A stretch of DNA of 64,000 nt, taken from positions 19,477 through 83,476 of the forward strand of contig CABZDY010000001.1 in NCBI GenBank assembly GCA_902524635.1, read 5' to 3'. This document shows positions 48,082 to 59,280 of the stretch, piece after piece. A program made the position numbers and the translations under genes. This DNA comes from an uncultured Pelagibacteraceae bacterium. GTDB lineage: Bacteria; Pseudomonadota; Alphaproteobacteria; Pelagibacterales; Pelagibacteraceae. The notes under the pieces were generated by a model. The model had not been told where the DNA came from. It did no database searches and saw only the letters and a list, made by a program, of their open reading frames with translations. How positions within the stretch are numbered: the first letter of the stretch is position 1; every line of letters begins with the position of its first letter.

Positions 48082-49904
48082 GTAGCAGTATTTTGTTTTT
48101 CGCTTCTTTTTCTTTCGTGAGGGTCCAGAATTGCTTTTCTAAGTCTGCAAGATTTAGGCGTGATTTCTAATGCTTCATCAGTATTAAGCATACTTAACTG
48201 TTCTGCAATCGACATTTGTCTTACCGGTGTGAGAACTATGTTTTCATCTGTGCCTTGTGTTCTCATATTCGTGAGTTTTTTTCCTTTCATGACATTAATT
48301 ATCATATCACCTGGTTTAGGAGCTAAGCCCACAATCATTCCTGTATAAACTGGATCATTATGTGTAACAAACATTTCTCCTCTAGCTTGCAAATTAAAAA
48401 TTGAAAATGCAACGGCCTTACCTTGATCCATAGAAATTAACGCACCATTTCTTCTTCCTTCCATGTCTCCCTCGAAATCTCCATAAGAGTGAAAAATTCT
48501 ATTGATAACTCCAGTCCCTTTGGTTAAAGTTAAAAATCTACTTGTGTATCCCATTAAACCTCTTGTTGGAGCTTGAAAAATAAGTCTTTTTTTATTTTTT
48601 CCAGTATCTTTAAGTTCAATTAATTTACCTTTTCTTCTATTCATAGAATCAATAATTCTTGATGAGTATTCTTCATCCAAATCCATAGTTATTTCTTCAA
48701 TGGGTTCTAACTTTTTTGAATTTTCATCAGTTTTAAATAAAACTTTAGGAGGACTGACGGTCATTTCAAAGCCCTCTCTTCTCATTTGTGTTAATAATAT
48801 TTCAAGCATTAATTCTCCTCGTCCACTTATCTCAAATGCATCTTTATTTGAGTTTTCTGAGAAAGAAATTCCAACGTTGTTTTGGGCCTCTAAAATTAAA
48901 CGATCTCTAATTTGAGTACTTGTTAATTTTTTCCCCTCAGTTCCTGCTAGTGGTGAGCTATTTACTGTTATTTTTATCGACATTGTTGGTGGATCGATAG
49001 GTGTTGCCTCAATTGGTTCATTTACCTCTAAATCACAAATCGTATCTGCTACATTTGCTTTTTCTAATCCTGCTATGACTACAATATCTCCAGCTTCTCC
49101 AACTTCAATCGGAACTTTTTTTGTGCCTTCGTATCTAAAGATTTTTGTAAGTCTACCTTCATCTACTTTTTCACCATTTAAATTGATTGCCTTAATTTGT
49201 TGATTTGCTTTTGCCGTCCCTTGTGAAATTCTTCCTACTAAACTTCTACCCAAAAAATTGTCAGCATAAAGTAGTGTCGATAGCATCGCAAATGGCTTTG
49301 ATCTATCAAATTCAGAGGGTTTTACCTGATCTAAAACTAAATCTAATAGTGGGTTAAGATTTTCTCTTGGCCCATCAATATCCTTAGACGCCCAACCAGA
49401 TCTTCCACTTGCATATAAAACTGGAAAATCTAATTGCTCCTCATTAGCGTCTAAACTAACAAACAAATCAAATGTCTCGTTTAAAACTTCATCAGCCCTT
49501 TGATCACTTTTGTCTAATTTATTTATAACAACAATTGGTTTTAACCCTTGTTTTAGTGCTTTACTTAATACAAATTTTGTTTGTGGCATGACGCCTTCTG
49601 CAGAATCTACTAATAATAATGCACCATCTGCTAAACTTAAAACTCTTTCAACTTCTGCTGCAAAATCTCTGTGACCGGGAGTATCAATAATATTTATTCT
49701 AATATCTTTCCAATTAATCGAAGTCGGTTTCGCAAGTATTGTAATACCTCTTTCCTTTTCTAATTCTCCAGAGTCCATTAATCTTTCATCAACTACTTCA
49801 TTCTCTCTAAAAGAACCACTCTGTTTCATCAAATTATCAATCAACGTTGTTTTTCCATGATCAACGTGAGCAATGATAGTGATGTTTCGAATATTGTTAT
49901 TCAT
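48078..49904 (-). CDS. typA: Translational GTPase TypA/BipA
   Basis: AHVDHGKTT, EKERGITI, DTPGH, GRGEL, RREGFE, KKLTNMR. Confidence 0.97.
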   Translation of the reverse strand: MNNNIRNITIIAHVDHGKTTLIDNLMKQSGSFRENEVVDERLMDSGELEKERGITILAKPTSINWKDIRINIIDTPGHRDFAAEVERVLSLADGALLLVDSAEGVMPQTKFVLSKALKQGLKPIVVINKLDKSDQRADEVLNETFDLFVSLDANEEQLDFPVLYASGRSGWASKDIDGPRENLNPLLDLVLDQVKPSEFDRSKPFAMLSTLLYADNFLGRSLVGRISQGTAKANQQIKAINLNGEKVDEGRLTKIFRYEGTKKVPIEVGEAGDIVVIAGLEKANVADTICDLEVNEPIEATPIDPPTMSIKITVNSSPLAGTEGKKLTSTQIRDRLILEAQNNVGISFSENSNKDAFEISGRGELMLEILLTQMRREGFEMTVSPPKVLFKTDENSKKLEPIEEITMDLDEEYSSRIIDSMNRRKGKLIELKDTGKNKKRLIFQAPTRGLMGYTSRFLTLTKGTGVINRIFHSYGDFEGDMEGRRNGALISMDQGKAVAFSIFNLQARGEMFVTHNDPVYTGMIVGLAPKPGDMIINVMKGKKLTNMRTQGTDENIVLTPVRQMSIAEQLSMLNTDEALEITPKSCRLRKAILDPHERKRSEKQNTAT

Positions 49905-49943
49905 AATTGAGCTTCTTATACATCTAAACCTTGAATTGAAAAC

Positions 49944-49974
49944 AAAAAAAAAGGGCAGAAAAATCTGCCCTTTT
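49944..49974 (-). terminator. Intrinsic terminator
   Basis: AAAAGGGCAGA-aaaa-TCTGCCCTTTT on +, T9 tail on minus strand. Confidence 0.85.
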
Positions 49975-50053
49975 AAATTTTTTAGTTAGACTTTTTTGGG
50001 TTACATTCTCATTCACTGATTGAATAACTATTGAATTACCTTGTTTTTTAAAA

Positions 50054-50077
50054 TTGTTCATTACTTTGTTCATTACT
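50054..50077. repeat. 12-bp tandem repeat TTGTTCATTACT x2
   Basis: Read directly from sequence. Confidence 0.8.
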
Positions 50078-50094
50078 TTTATTTTCGTAGAGAT

Positions 50095-50126
50095 AAAAAA
50101 AAAGGCGAGTAAAAACTCGCCTTTTT
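50095..50126 (-). terminator. Intrinsic terminator of groESL
   Basis: AAAAAGGCGAGT-aaaa-ACTCGCCTTTTT on +, T9 tail on minus, 25 nt after groEL stop. Confidence 0.9.
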
Positions 50127-50151
50127 AAAATTCATAGGTACGAAAAGGGTA

Positions 50152-51822
<1,671 letters not shown>

Positions 51823-51831
51823 TTATTAATT

Positions 51832-52125
51832 TTATTTAGAAGTAGAGATACCCATAATGTCTGACTCTTTCATTATGCTGTATTCTTTACCATCAATTTT
51901 AACTTCAGTTCCTGACCATTTTCCAAAAAGAACTTTGTCACCAACTTTAACATCCATTGGTATAATTTTTCCATCCTCAGTTTTTGATCCACCACCAACA
52001 GCAACTACTTTACCTTCTTGTGGTTTCTCTTGAGCAGAATCAGGGATGATAATCCCACCAGCAGTTTTCTCACTGCTGTCTAAAACTTCGATTAATACCC
52101 TATCGTGTAACGGTTTAAACTTCAT
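51832..52125 (-). CDS. groS: Co-chaperonin GroES
   Basis: [27 protein letters not shown]. Confidence 0.99.
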   Translation of the reverse strand: MKFKPLHDRVLIEVLDSSEKTAGGIIIPDSAQEKPQEGKVVAVGGGSKTEDGKIIPMDVKVGDKVLFGKWSGTEVKIDGKEYSIMKESDIMGISTSK

Positions 52126-52149
52126 ATTTACTCCTTTAAATTACTGTTC

Positions 52150-52178
52150 ATATAGATGCATGTGACTATTATTTCAAG
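52150..52178 (-). promoter_or_regulatory. RpoH-like promoter of groES
   Basis: Minus strand CTTGAAAT-N15-CTATAT; no CIRCE seen. Confidence 0.6.
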
Positions 52179-52245
52179 ATCTGGCCTCAAATATATAGAT
52201 GAGAAAAATCAGGTATTTATTAGATTTTTAAGCTATATCTGAAAT

Positions 52246-53061
52246 ATGAGTAAAAATTTAGATGAATTAGGGTTAAAATCGATATTCAGTGAATATGACT
52301 TATTTTTCATTGATATCTGGGGAGTAGTCCATAACGGAATAAAGCTATATGAGAATGCTATAAAAGTTTTAGATGAATTATCTAATAATAAAAAAAAATT
52401 CATATTATTGACAAATGCTCCAAGACCCAACTTAACAGTTATTAATACTTTAAAAAAAATGGGGTTAAATAATTTTTCTGATGCAGTTTTTACATCTGGA
52501 GAAGCATCAAAAAGATATCTTTTAGAAAATTTTAATAATAAAAATTTTTTTCACTTAGGACCACCAAGAGATTTTGATTTATTTAAAACTTTTGAAGATA
52601 ATAAAGTACTTAACATAGACGACTCGGATTACTTATTATGTTCAGGTCTATTTGAGGATCATGAAGATGATTTAGGATATTACAAAACCCTTTTATCAAA
52701 ACACATAACTAAAAAAATGATATGTACTAACCCTGATTTAATAGTTGATCGAGGAGACAAAAGAGAATATTGCGCAGGGTCTATTGCAAAATCATTTGAA
52801 GAAATTAATGGTGAGGTTATTTACTTTGGTAAACCCTATCCTCCTGTTTATGAAATTGCGGCAGATGTAAATAATAAAAAAATATTATGTATTGGTGATA
52901 ATCTAAATACAGATATAAAAGGTGCTAACATTCAGAATTTTGATTCATTACTAATTACAGGTGGTATACATAGACAAGAAATTTCAAAATTATCAATTAA
53001 CAAATTACTTAAAAATTATGAAACAAAAATTAATTATTTTCAGAAGGAATTAAAATGGTAA
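52246..53061 (+). CDS. HAD-IIA family hydrolase (TIGR01459-like)
   Basis: DIWGVVHNG, TNAPRP, NPD, GKP, IGDNLNTDIKGA. Confidence 0.88.
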   Translation: MSKNLDELGLKSIFSEYDLFFIDIWGVVHNGIKLYENAIKVLDELSNNKKKFILLTNAPRPNLTVINTLKKMGLNNFSDAVFTSGEASKRYLLENFNNKNFFHLGPPRDFDLFKTFEDNKVLNIDDSDYLLCSGLFEDHEDDLGYYKTLLSKHITKKMICTNPDLIVDRGDKREYCAGSIAKSFEEINGEVIYFGKPYPPVYEIAADVNNKKILCIGDNLNTDIKGANIQNFDSLLITGGIHRQEISKLSINKLLKNYETKINYFQKELKW

Positions 53062-53984
53062 AAAAATTAAAGATTTTTAATAATTTTAATATCCCAAAAA
53101 AGTTTAAAAAATCAATTATATTAATCGGTAACTTTGATGGTTTACATTCAGGCCATCAAAAATTATTTGAATTAGCCAAAAAATATAAAAAAAAATATAA
53201 ATCTAAATTAGGTGTGGTTACGTTTGATCCTATACCTAAAATGTTTTTTAATAAAAACATTAAAAATTATAGAATATCAAATTTAAATCAGAAGGTAATT
53301 TATTTAAAAAAATTTAGTGTTGATTTTGTAATTAATAAAAAATTTGACAAAAATTTTTCCAAAATTACCTACTATAAATTCATAAAAGAGATTTTATCTA
53401 GAAAGCTTAAATCAAAATTTATATTTGTTAGCAATAACTTTAGATTCGGCCATAAAAGAGAAGGCGATGTAGCACAGCTTAAAAAATATGAGAATGATTT
53501 TGGTTATAACTTAATAAATCCAACACCTTTGATGAAAAACAAAAAAATAATTTCATCAACAATTATTAGAAAGTTACTTGAGGAGGGAAAGCTATCAAAA
53601 GCAAATACTTTTTTAAAAAGAAACTGGGAAATTGAAGGAAAAGTTCAAAGAGGCAGAATGATGGGTCAAAAAATTGGATTCCCAACCTGCAATATCGATA
53701 TTGGAAATTATGTTATAGCAAAACCTGGTGTTTATGCTGTTAATGCAAGAATTAATGATGGAAAAAAATACTTTAAAGGAATTGCTAATTTAGGCTATAG
53801 ACCCACTTTTAATGAAAAAAAAATACTTTTAGAGGTAAATATTTTTAATTTTTCAAGAAATCTTTATAATAAAAAATTATCCATAGAATTTTTAAAATTT
53901 ATAAGAGGAGAAAAAAAATTCAAAGGTATCAGTGAACTAAAAAATCAAATTAAAAAAGATATTTTAAAAGCTAAAAAAACATAA
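53055..53984 (+). CDS. ribF: Bifunctional riboflavin kinase/FAD synthetase
   Basis: GNFDGLHSGH, ISSTIIR, GFPTCN, GYRPTF. Confidence 0.95.
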   Translation: MVKKLKIFNNFNIPKKFKKSIILIGNFDGLHSGHQKLFELAKKYKKKYKSKLGVVTFDPIPKMFFNKNIKNYRISNLNQKVIYLKKFSVDFVINKKFDKNFSKITYYKFIKEILSRKLKSKFIFVSNNFRFGHKREGDVAQLKKYENDFGYNLINPTPLMKNKKIISSTIIRKLLEEGKLSKANTFLKRNWEIEGKVQRGRMMGQKIGFPTCNIDIGNYVIAKPGVYAVNARINDGKKYFKGIANLGYRPTFNEKKILLEVNIFNFSRNLYNKKLSIEFLKFIRGEKKFKGISELKNQIKKDILKAKKT

Positions 53985-56725
53985 TGAGTAAGGAACATTT
54001 AAATTTACCTAAAACTGCTTTTTCTATGAAAGCAAATCTACCAAATAAAGAACCAGAATATTTAAAATTTTGGGATAAGATTAATCTATATGATAAACTA
54101 AGAGATCAAAGCAAAGGCAAAGAAAAATTTGTCTTACACGATGGACCTCCATATGCAAATGGAAATATTCATATGGGTACTGCCCTAAATAAAATTCTAA
54201 AAGACATAATAATTAAATTTCATCAAATGGATGGTAAAGACTCAGTTTATGTACCTGGATGGGACTGTCATGGATTACCAATTGAATGGAAAATTGAAGA
54301 ACAATACAAAAAAAATAAAAAAAATAAAAATGATGTGCCTATTATTGAGTTTAGAAAAGAATGTAGAGATTTTGCAAGTAAATGGATTAATATTCATAAA
54401 GATCAATTTAAAAGATTAGGAGTAATAGGAGATTGGGAAAACTATTATTCAACTATGAGTTTTGATGCAGAAGCTCAAATTGTAAGAGAACTTGGAAAAT
54501 TTTTAAAAGAGGGTAGTCTGTACAAGGGTTACAAGCCTGTTTTATGGTCAACAGTTGAAAAAACAGCTTTAGCAGATGCAGAAGTTGAATATCAAGATCA
54601 TGTATCTGATACAATCTATGCAGCCTTCCCAGTTAAAAAATCAAATATTAATGAATTAGTTGGTTCGAACATTGTTATTTGGACAACAACCCCATGGACG
54701 ATACCAGCTAACAAGGCATTAGCTTATAACCAAATTCTGGATTATGTTTTATGCGAGATAGATAACAAAGAAGCATTACAAAACGAAAAAATAGTTATTG
54801 CAAAAGAACTTTTGCAGTCTGTTGTAAAAGATACTAAATACAATATTAAGATATTGAAAGAATTTAAAGGAAAAGAATTTGACGGAACTATTTGTAACCA
54901 TCCATTTCATAAAATTGGCTATGACTATGATGTTCCTATGCTCGAGGCAAGATTTGTAACAACTGAACAAGGAACAGGAATTGTTCATTGTGCTCCAAGT
55001 CATGGACCTGATGATTTTAATCTGTGTATCAATAATGGAATAAAAGCAATTGAAACAGTTGACGATGATGGAAGATACACAAAACACATACCTATGTTTG
55101 AAGGAACTCATATTTTTAAAGCAAACGATATTGTTATTGAAAAGCTTAAAGAATTAAAAGGTCTTTTAAACAATGGCAAACTAACACATTCTTACCCACA
55201 TTCTTGGAGATCTAAGGCTCCTTTAGTTCATAGAGCAACGCCTCAATGGTTTATTTCAATGGAAAGTCACAAACTAAGAGACAAAGCACTCAAAGCAATT
55301 AATGACACTACTTTCTATCCTAGTAAAGGTAAAGAAAGAATTAAAGCAATGATAGAGACTAGACCAGATTGGTGTGTCTCTAGACAGAGGGTATGGGGAG
55401 TTCCACTTCCAATATTTATTTCAAAAAAAAATGGAGAAATTCTTATCGATGAAGATGTTTTTGAGAATATTGCAAAAATATATGAAAAAGAAGGCTCAGA
55501 CTGTTGGTTTGAAGATAATTTTCAGAGACTGCTTGGAGATAAATATAATGCAGAAGATTTTGATAAGACTAGTGATATTGTAGAAGTATGGTTTGATAGT
55601 GGATCAACTCATTCTTTTGTTTTAGAAAAGAGAGAAGATTTAAAATGGCCTGCATCAATGTATCTAGAGGGTTCGGATCAACATAGAGGATGGTTTCACT
55701 CTTCACTTTTAGAGTCTTGTGGAACAAGAGGTAGAGCACCATTTGAAAGTATTTTATCTCATGGGTTTGTTGTTGATGGAAAAGGACTAAAAATGTCTAA
55801 ATCAACTGGAAATGTAATAGCTCCAGAAGATATCCTAAAAAAATATGGTGCTGATATACTAAGAATTTGGGTTGCCTCATCAAATTATGCCGAGGACTTA
55901 AGAATAGATTATTCAATTTTAGACCAGCATTCTGAATCTTATAGAAAAATAAGAAATACATTTAGATACCTTTTAGGAAATATACAAGATGAATATTCAA
56001 AAGTAGATTTTGATAAAATTGATCTAAATAATATTCCTGAATTAGAAAAGTATATGCTGCATAGATTGTATGTGATCAATGAAAGATTTAATGAATACTT
56101 TAAGTCCTATAATTTTCATAATTTATATAAAGAATTACTAAATTTTTGTACAGTAGAACTCTCAGCATTTTATTTTGATATTAGAAAAGATCTTCTTTAT
56201 TGCGACCCAAAAGTTTCAAAAAAGCGTTCTGACTGTATTTTGACACTAAAAGTAATTTTAGAATGCTTATTAAAATGGTTTGCTCCTATCTTATCATTTA
56301 CCACAGAGGAAATTTATCATTTAATTTATAAGGAAGATAATAATGGAAGTATTCATTTACAAAAATTTGTTAAAATTCCAAATCAATGGAAAAATGAAGA
56401 ATTAAATAGTAAATGGGATAAGATTAAATTAATCAGAGATGAAGCAAATATAAGTATTGAAAGTAAAAGAGCTGATAAAATTATTGGTTCAAGTTTAGAG
56501 GCAAATATTGAAATAAAAATCAAAGATAAAGACATGTTTCGTTTGGCCCAGAATCATGATTTCTCCGAGATTTGCATAACATCCTCTGCTTCAATCTTAA
56601 ATGATAACAATTTAGAAAAAGACATTGAGATAACCAGTTCAAAAGCTGTTGGAAACAAGTGTCCTGTTTGTTGGAAAATTAGTAAGAATATATGTGAGAA
56701 ACATGGGCATCTCAGCGTTCAATGA
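53984..56725 (+). CDS. ileS: Isoleucine-tRNA ligase (type 1)
   Basis: HDGPPYANG, GWDCHGLP, WTTTPWT, KMSKS, C-terminal CPVCW. Confidence 0.98.
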   Translation: MSKEHLNLPKTAFSMKANLPNKEPEYLKFWDKINLYDKLRDQSKGKEKFVLHDGPPYANGNIHMGTALNKILKDIIIKFHQMDGKDSVYVPGWDCHGLPIEWKIEEQYKKNKKNKNDVPIIEFRKECRDFASKWINIHKDQFKRLGVIGDWENYYSTMSFDAEAQIVRELGKFLKEGSLYKGYKPVLWSTVEKTALADAEVEYQDHVSDTIYAAFPVKKSNINELVGSNIVIWTTTPWTIPANKALAYNQILDYVLCEIDNKEALQNEKIVIAKELLQSVVKDTKYNIKILKEFKGKEFDGTICNHPFHKIGYDYDVPMLEARFVTTEQGTGIVHCAPSHGPDDFNLCINNGIKAIETVDDDGRYTKHIPMFEGTHIFKANDIVIEKLKELKGLLNNGKLTHSYPHSWRSKAPLVHRATPQWFISMESHKLRDKALKAINDTTFYPSKGKERIKAMIETRPDWCVSRQRVWGVPLPIFISKKNGEILIDEDVFENIAKIYEKEGSDCWFEDNFQRLLGDKYNAEDFDKTSDIVEVWFDSGSTHSFVLEKREDLKWPASMYLEGSDQHRGWFHSSLLESCGTRGRAPFESILSHGFVVDGKGLKMSKSTGNVIAPEDILKKYGADILRIWVASSNYAEDLRIDYSILDQHSESYRKIRNTFRYLLGNIQDEYSKVDFDKIDLNNIPELEKYMLHRLYVINERFNEYFKSYNFHNLYKELLNFCTVELSAFYFDIRKDLLYCDPKVSKKRSDCILTLKVILECLLKWFAPILSFTTEEIYHLIYKEDNNGSIHLQKFVKIPNQWKNEELNSKWDKIKLIRDEANISIESKRADKIIGSSLEANIEIKIKDKDMFRLAQNHDFSEICITSSASILNDNNLEKDIEITSSKAVGNKCPVCWKISKNICEKHGHLSVQ

Positions 56726-57213
56726 AAAGTGAAAGTTTAAAAAAAATAGTAATAAGTATTTTCATTTTATTATCCATTTTCTTATTAGACAGAATATCAA
56801 AAATACTTATTCTAAATATATTAGAGGAAACTGGACGAGTAGATATTTATATAAACTCATTTTTAAATTTTTATTTAGTTTGGAACAAAGGAATAGGTTT
56901 TGGCCTATTATCATCAGATCAGGATCTTTTCTATAACGTAGTTACTATTTTAATTATTTTAATTAATTTTGTGATAATTTATCTATTATTTATAGAAAAA
57001 GGACTAAAGTATTATTTTTTAATTGTTATTTTAGGAGGCTCATTAGGTAATTTATTTGATAGAATATATTATAGAGCTGTTCCAGACTTTTTTGATATAA
57101 ATTATAACGGATATCATTGGTTTATTTTCAATGTAGCTGATATATTTATAACAATTGGAATTATTTTCCTTATTTTGGCTGAATTAATAAGTTATAAAAA
57201 AGTTAATGGATAA
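56722..57213 (+). CDS. lspA: Lipoprotein signal peptidase
   Basis: WNKGIGFG, GNLFDR, VPDF, FNVAD. Confidence 0.95.
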   Translation: MKSESLKKIVISIFILLSIFLLDRISKILILNILEETGRVDIYINSFLNFYLVWNKGIGFGLLSSDQDLFYNVVTILIILINFVIIYLLFIEKGLKYYFLIVILGGSLGNLFDRIYYRAVPDFFDINYNGYHWFIFNVADIFITIGIIFLILAELISYKKVNG

Positions 57214-57547
57214 ATTCTTTAAAATTTCAAAGTTATTAATCTTCTTAATTTTTTTATATTCATGTGGTGTGGGAGAAGCTTTACAAGGGAAAAAAAGATC
57301 AGATCAAGGAGATGAATTTTTAATCGATAAAAAAAATCCACTGTCTATGCCGCCTGATTTTAATAAATTACCCAAACCAGGGGAAGCCAATGTAAAATCT
57401 ACTAAAGATATTGAAAGCTATCAATCAAATATAAAAGACTTGCTTAAAAATAATAAAGATTGTCTTATAAAAAATAATTGTGAAGAATATGTCCCTTCAG
57501 ATGAGTCCACAACTATTGAAAGTTCCATATTGAAAAAAATCAAATAA
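57206..57547 (+). CDS. DUF3035-like lipoprotein
   Basis: Lipobox LYSC, DEFL..KNPLSMPPDF..LP.P; follows lspA. Confidence 0.75.
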   Translation: MDKFFKISKLLIFLIFLYSCGVGEALQGKKRSDQGDEFLIDKKNPLSMPPDFNKLPKPGEANVKSTKDIESYQSNIKDLLKNNKDCLIKNNCEEYVPSDESTTIESSILKKIK

Positions 57548-57550
57548 AAA

Positions 57551-58720
57551 ATGTTTTCAAAAAACATAATATTTAAGAATTTCAATTTAAAAACAAATAT
57601 TAAAGATACAAAAAAAATAAATAAAATTTTAAATAAAGAATTAATTTTAAGTTCTTCTTTATTTAATTCATTTACTAATAATTATAAATATAGTTTTAAA
57701 AAAAATATTATTAGGAAATATAAAAATTATAAAAGTATCAATTTAATTGGTATGGGTGGATCAATATTAGGTACCGAGGCAATTCATGATTTTTTAAAAT
57801 TTAAAATTAAAAAAAAAATAAGATTTTTTAATAATCTAAATAATCAAATTAAACTTGAATCAAATAGTAAATCTATAAATATAATAATTTCTAAATCAGG
57901 AAATACGCTCGAAACAGTGTCAAATTTAAATTTAATTCTTAAGTCTCAAAAAAAAAATAAAAATATAGTAATTACTGAGGATAAATCTAGTTTTTTAACT
58001 TCATTAGCTAAAAAATTAAAAGCAGAAATAATTGAACATAAAAATTATATTGGAGGAAGGTATTCTGTATTGTCAGAAGTAGGAATGTTGCCTGCTCAAT
58101 TATTGGGTTTGCATGAGGCAAAATTTAAAAGATTTAATAATTTAATTAAAAATAAATCTTTCTTAAACTCATTAGTTAACAATGTAAGTTTTATGTCAAA
58201 ATGTATTTCAGAAGGAAAAAAAAATTCCGTAATTTTAAACTATGATGAGGCTTCAGAAAACTTATTTAAGTGGTATCAGCAACTAACAGCTGAGAGTTTA
58301 GGTAAAAAAAATAAAGGTGTATTTCCCATTATATCATCTATGCCAAAAGATAATCATAGTTTACTGCAATTATACTTAGACGGACCTAAAAATAACTTTT
58401 TCACATTTTTTGGAGTTATAAACGAAAAAACAAACAAACTAGATAACAGTAATTTATTCGGTAAATTTTCAAATTTAAAAAATAAAAGCTTAATTCAAAT
58501 CGCACAAGCCCAAAGAAATGCAACTCAAATAGTTTTTAAGAAAAAAAAAATACCATTTAGAAGTTTTGAAGTTCAGAAAAGAAATGAAGAAAGTTTAGGA
58601 GAGCTTTTTTCTTTTTTTGTATTAGAAACAATTTTACTTGGAAGAGTAATGAAGGTAAATCCTTTCGATCAACCATCAGTTGAATTAATAAAAACTGAGA
58701 CTTCAAAAATTCTTAACTAA
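57551..58720 (+). CDS. pgi: Glucose-6-phosphate isomerase (short form)
   Basis: GMGGS, SKSGNT, GGRYS, QLTAESLGK, NPFDQPSVE. Confidence 0.88.
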   Translation: MFSKNIIFKNFNLKTNIKDTKKINKILNKELILSSSLFNSFTNNYKYSFKKNIIRKYKNYKSINLIGMGGSILGTEAIHDFLKFKIKKKIRFFNNLNNQIKLESNSKSINIIISKSGNTLETVSNLNLILKSQKKNKNIVITEDKSSFLTSLAKKLKAEIIEHKNYIGGRYSVLSEVGMLPAQLLGLHEAKFKRFNNLIKNKSFLNSLVNNVSFMSKCISEGKKNSVILNYDEASENLFKWYQQLTAESLGKKNKGVFPIISSMPKDNHSLLQLYLDGPKNNFFTFFGVINEKTNKLDNSNLFGKFSNLKNKSLIQIAQAQRNATQIVFKKKKIPFRSFEVQKRNEESLGELFSFFVLETILLGRVMKVNPFDQPSVELIKTETSKILN

Positions 58721-59280
58721 ATTAATTTGCAAAAAAATATTTTTGATAAACCATAATTTTTTTCTTCTATTATATTCAGATATTTTGAAATGTTGTCATC
58801 TGATTTCTTATTTCTATGTATGATTAATATAGAATTTATATCTGCAATTTTAATTTTTTTAATTTGATCTATCAAATTTTTTATTTCTCCATCTTTAAAA
58901 GGAGGGTCTAAAAAAATTATGTCAAATATCCTATGTTCTAAATTTGAGCCTTCTAAATTATAAGCGCTATAATTATACACTTTACTTTTATTTTCTAATT
59001 TTAAGTTAAAGATATTCTGTTTTAGAATTTTTAACGAATTATGGTAATTTTCAAAAAAAAATACTTCAGATGCTCCTCTGGACAAGCATTCAATTCCAAA
59101 TGATCCAGTTCCAGAAAATAAATCTAAGACTTTTGCATTAAATATTTTTGCAGATACTTTGTTTGAGTGATCTAAAATATTGAAAATTGACTCTCTAACC
59201 ATATCTTTTAATGGTCTGGTTGATTTGTCTAATGGATCTGATAATTTTTTTCCTTTTAATTCTCCCGAAATAATTCTCAT
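58717..59280 (-). CDS. rsmD: 16S rRNA m2G966 methyltransferase
   Basis: MRIISG, TRP, LDLFSGTGS, FLDPPF. Confidence 0.93.
   Translation of the reverse strand: MRIISGELKGKKLSDPLDKSTRPLKDMVRESIFNILDHSNKVSAKIFNAKVLDLFSGTGSFGIECLSRGASEVFFFENYHNSLKILKQNIFNLKLENKSKVYNYSAYNLEGSNLEHRIFDIIFLDPPFKDGEIKNLIDQIKKIKIADINSILIIHRNKKSDDNISKYLNIIEEKNYGLSKIFFCKLI

Noticed and set aside
57551-58720. Short pgi as possible pseudogene
   Set aside because: Uninterrupted frame with all catalytic motifs; short PGI forms are known
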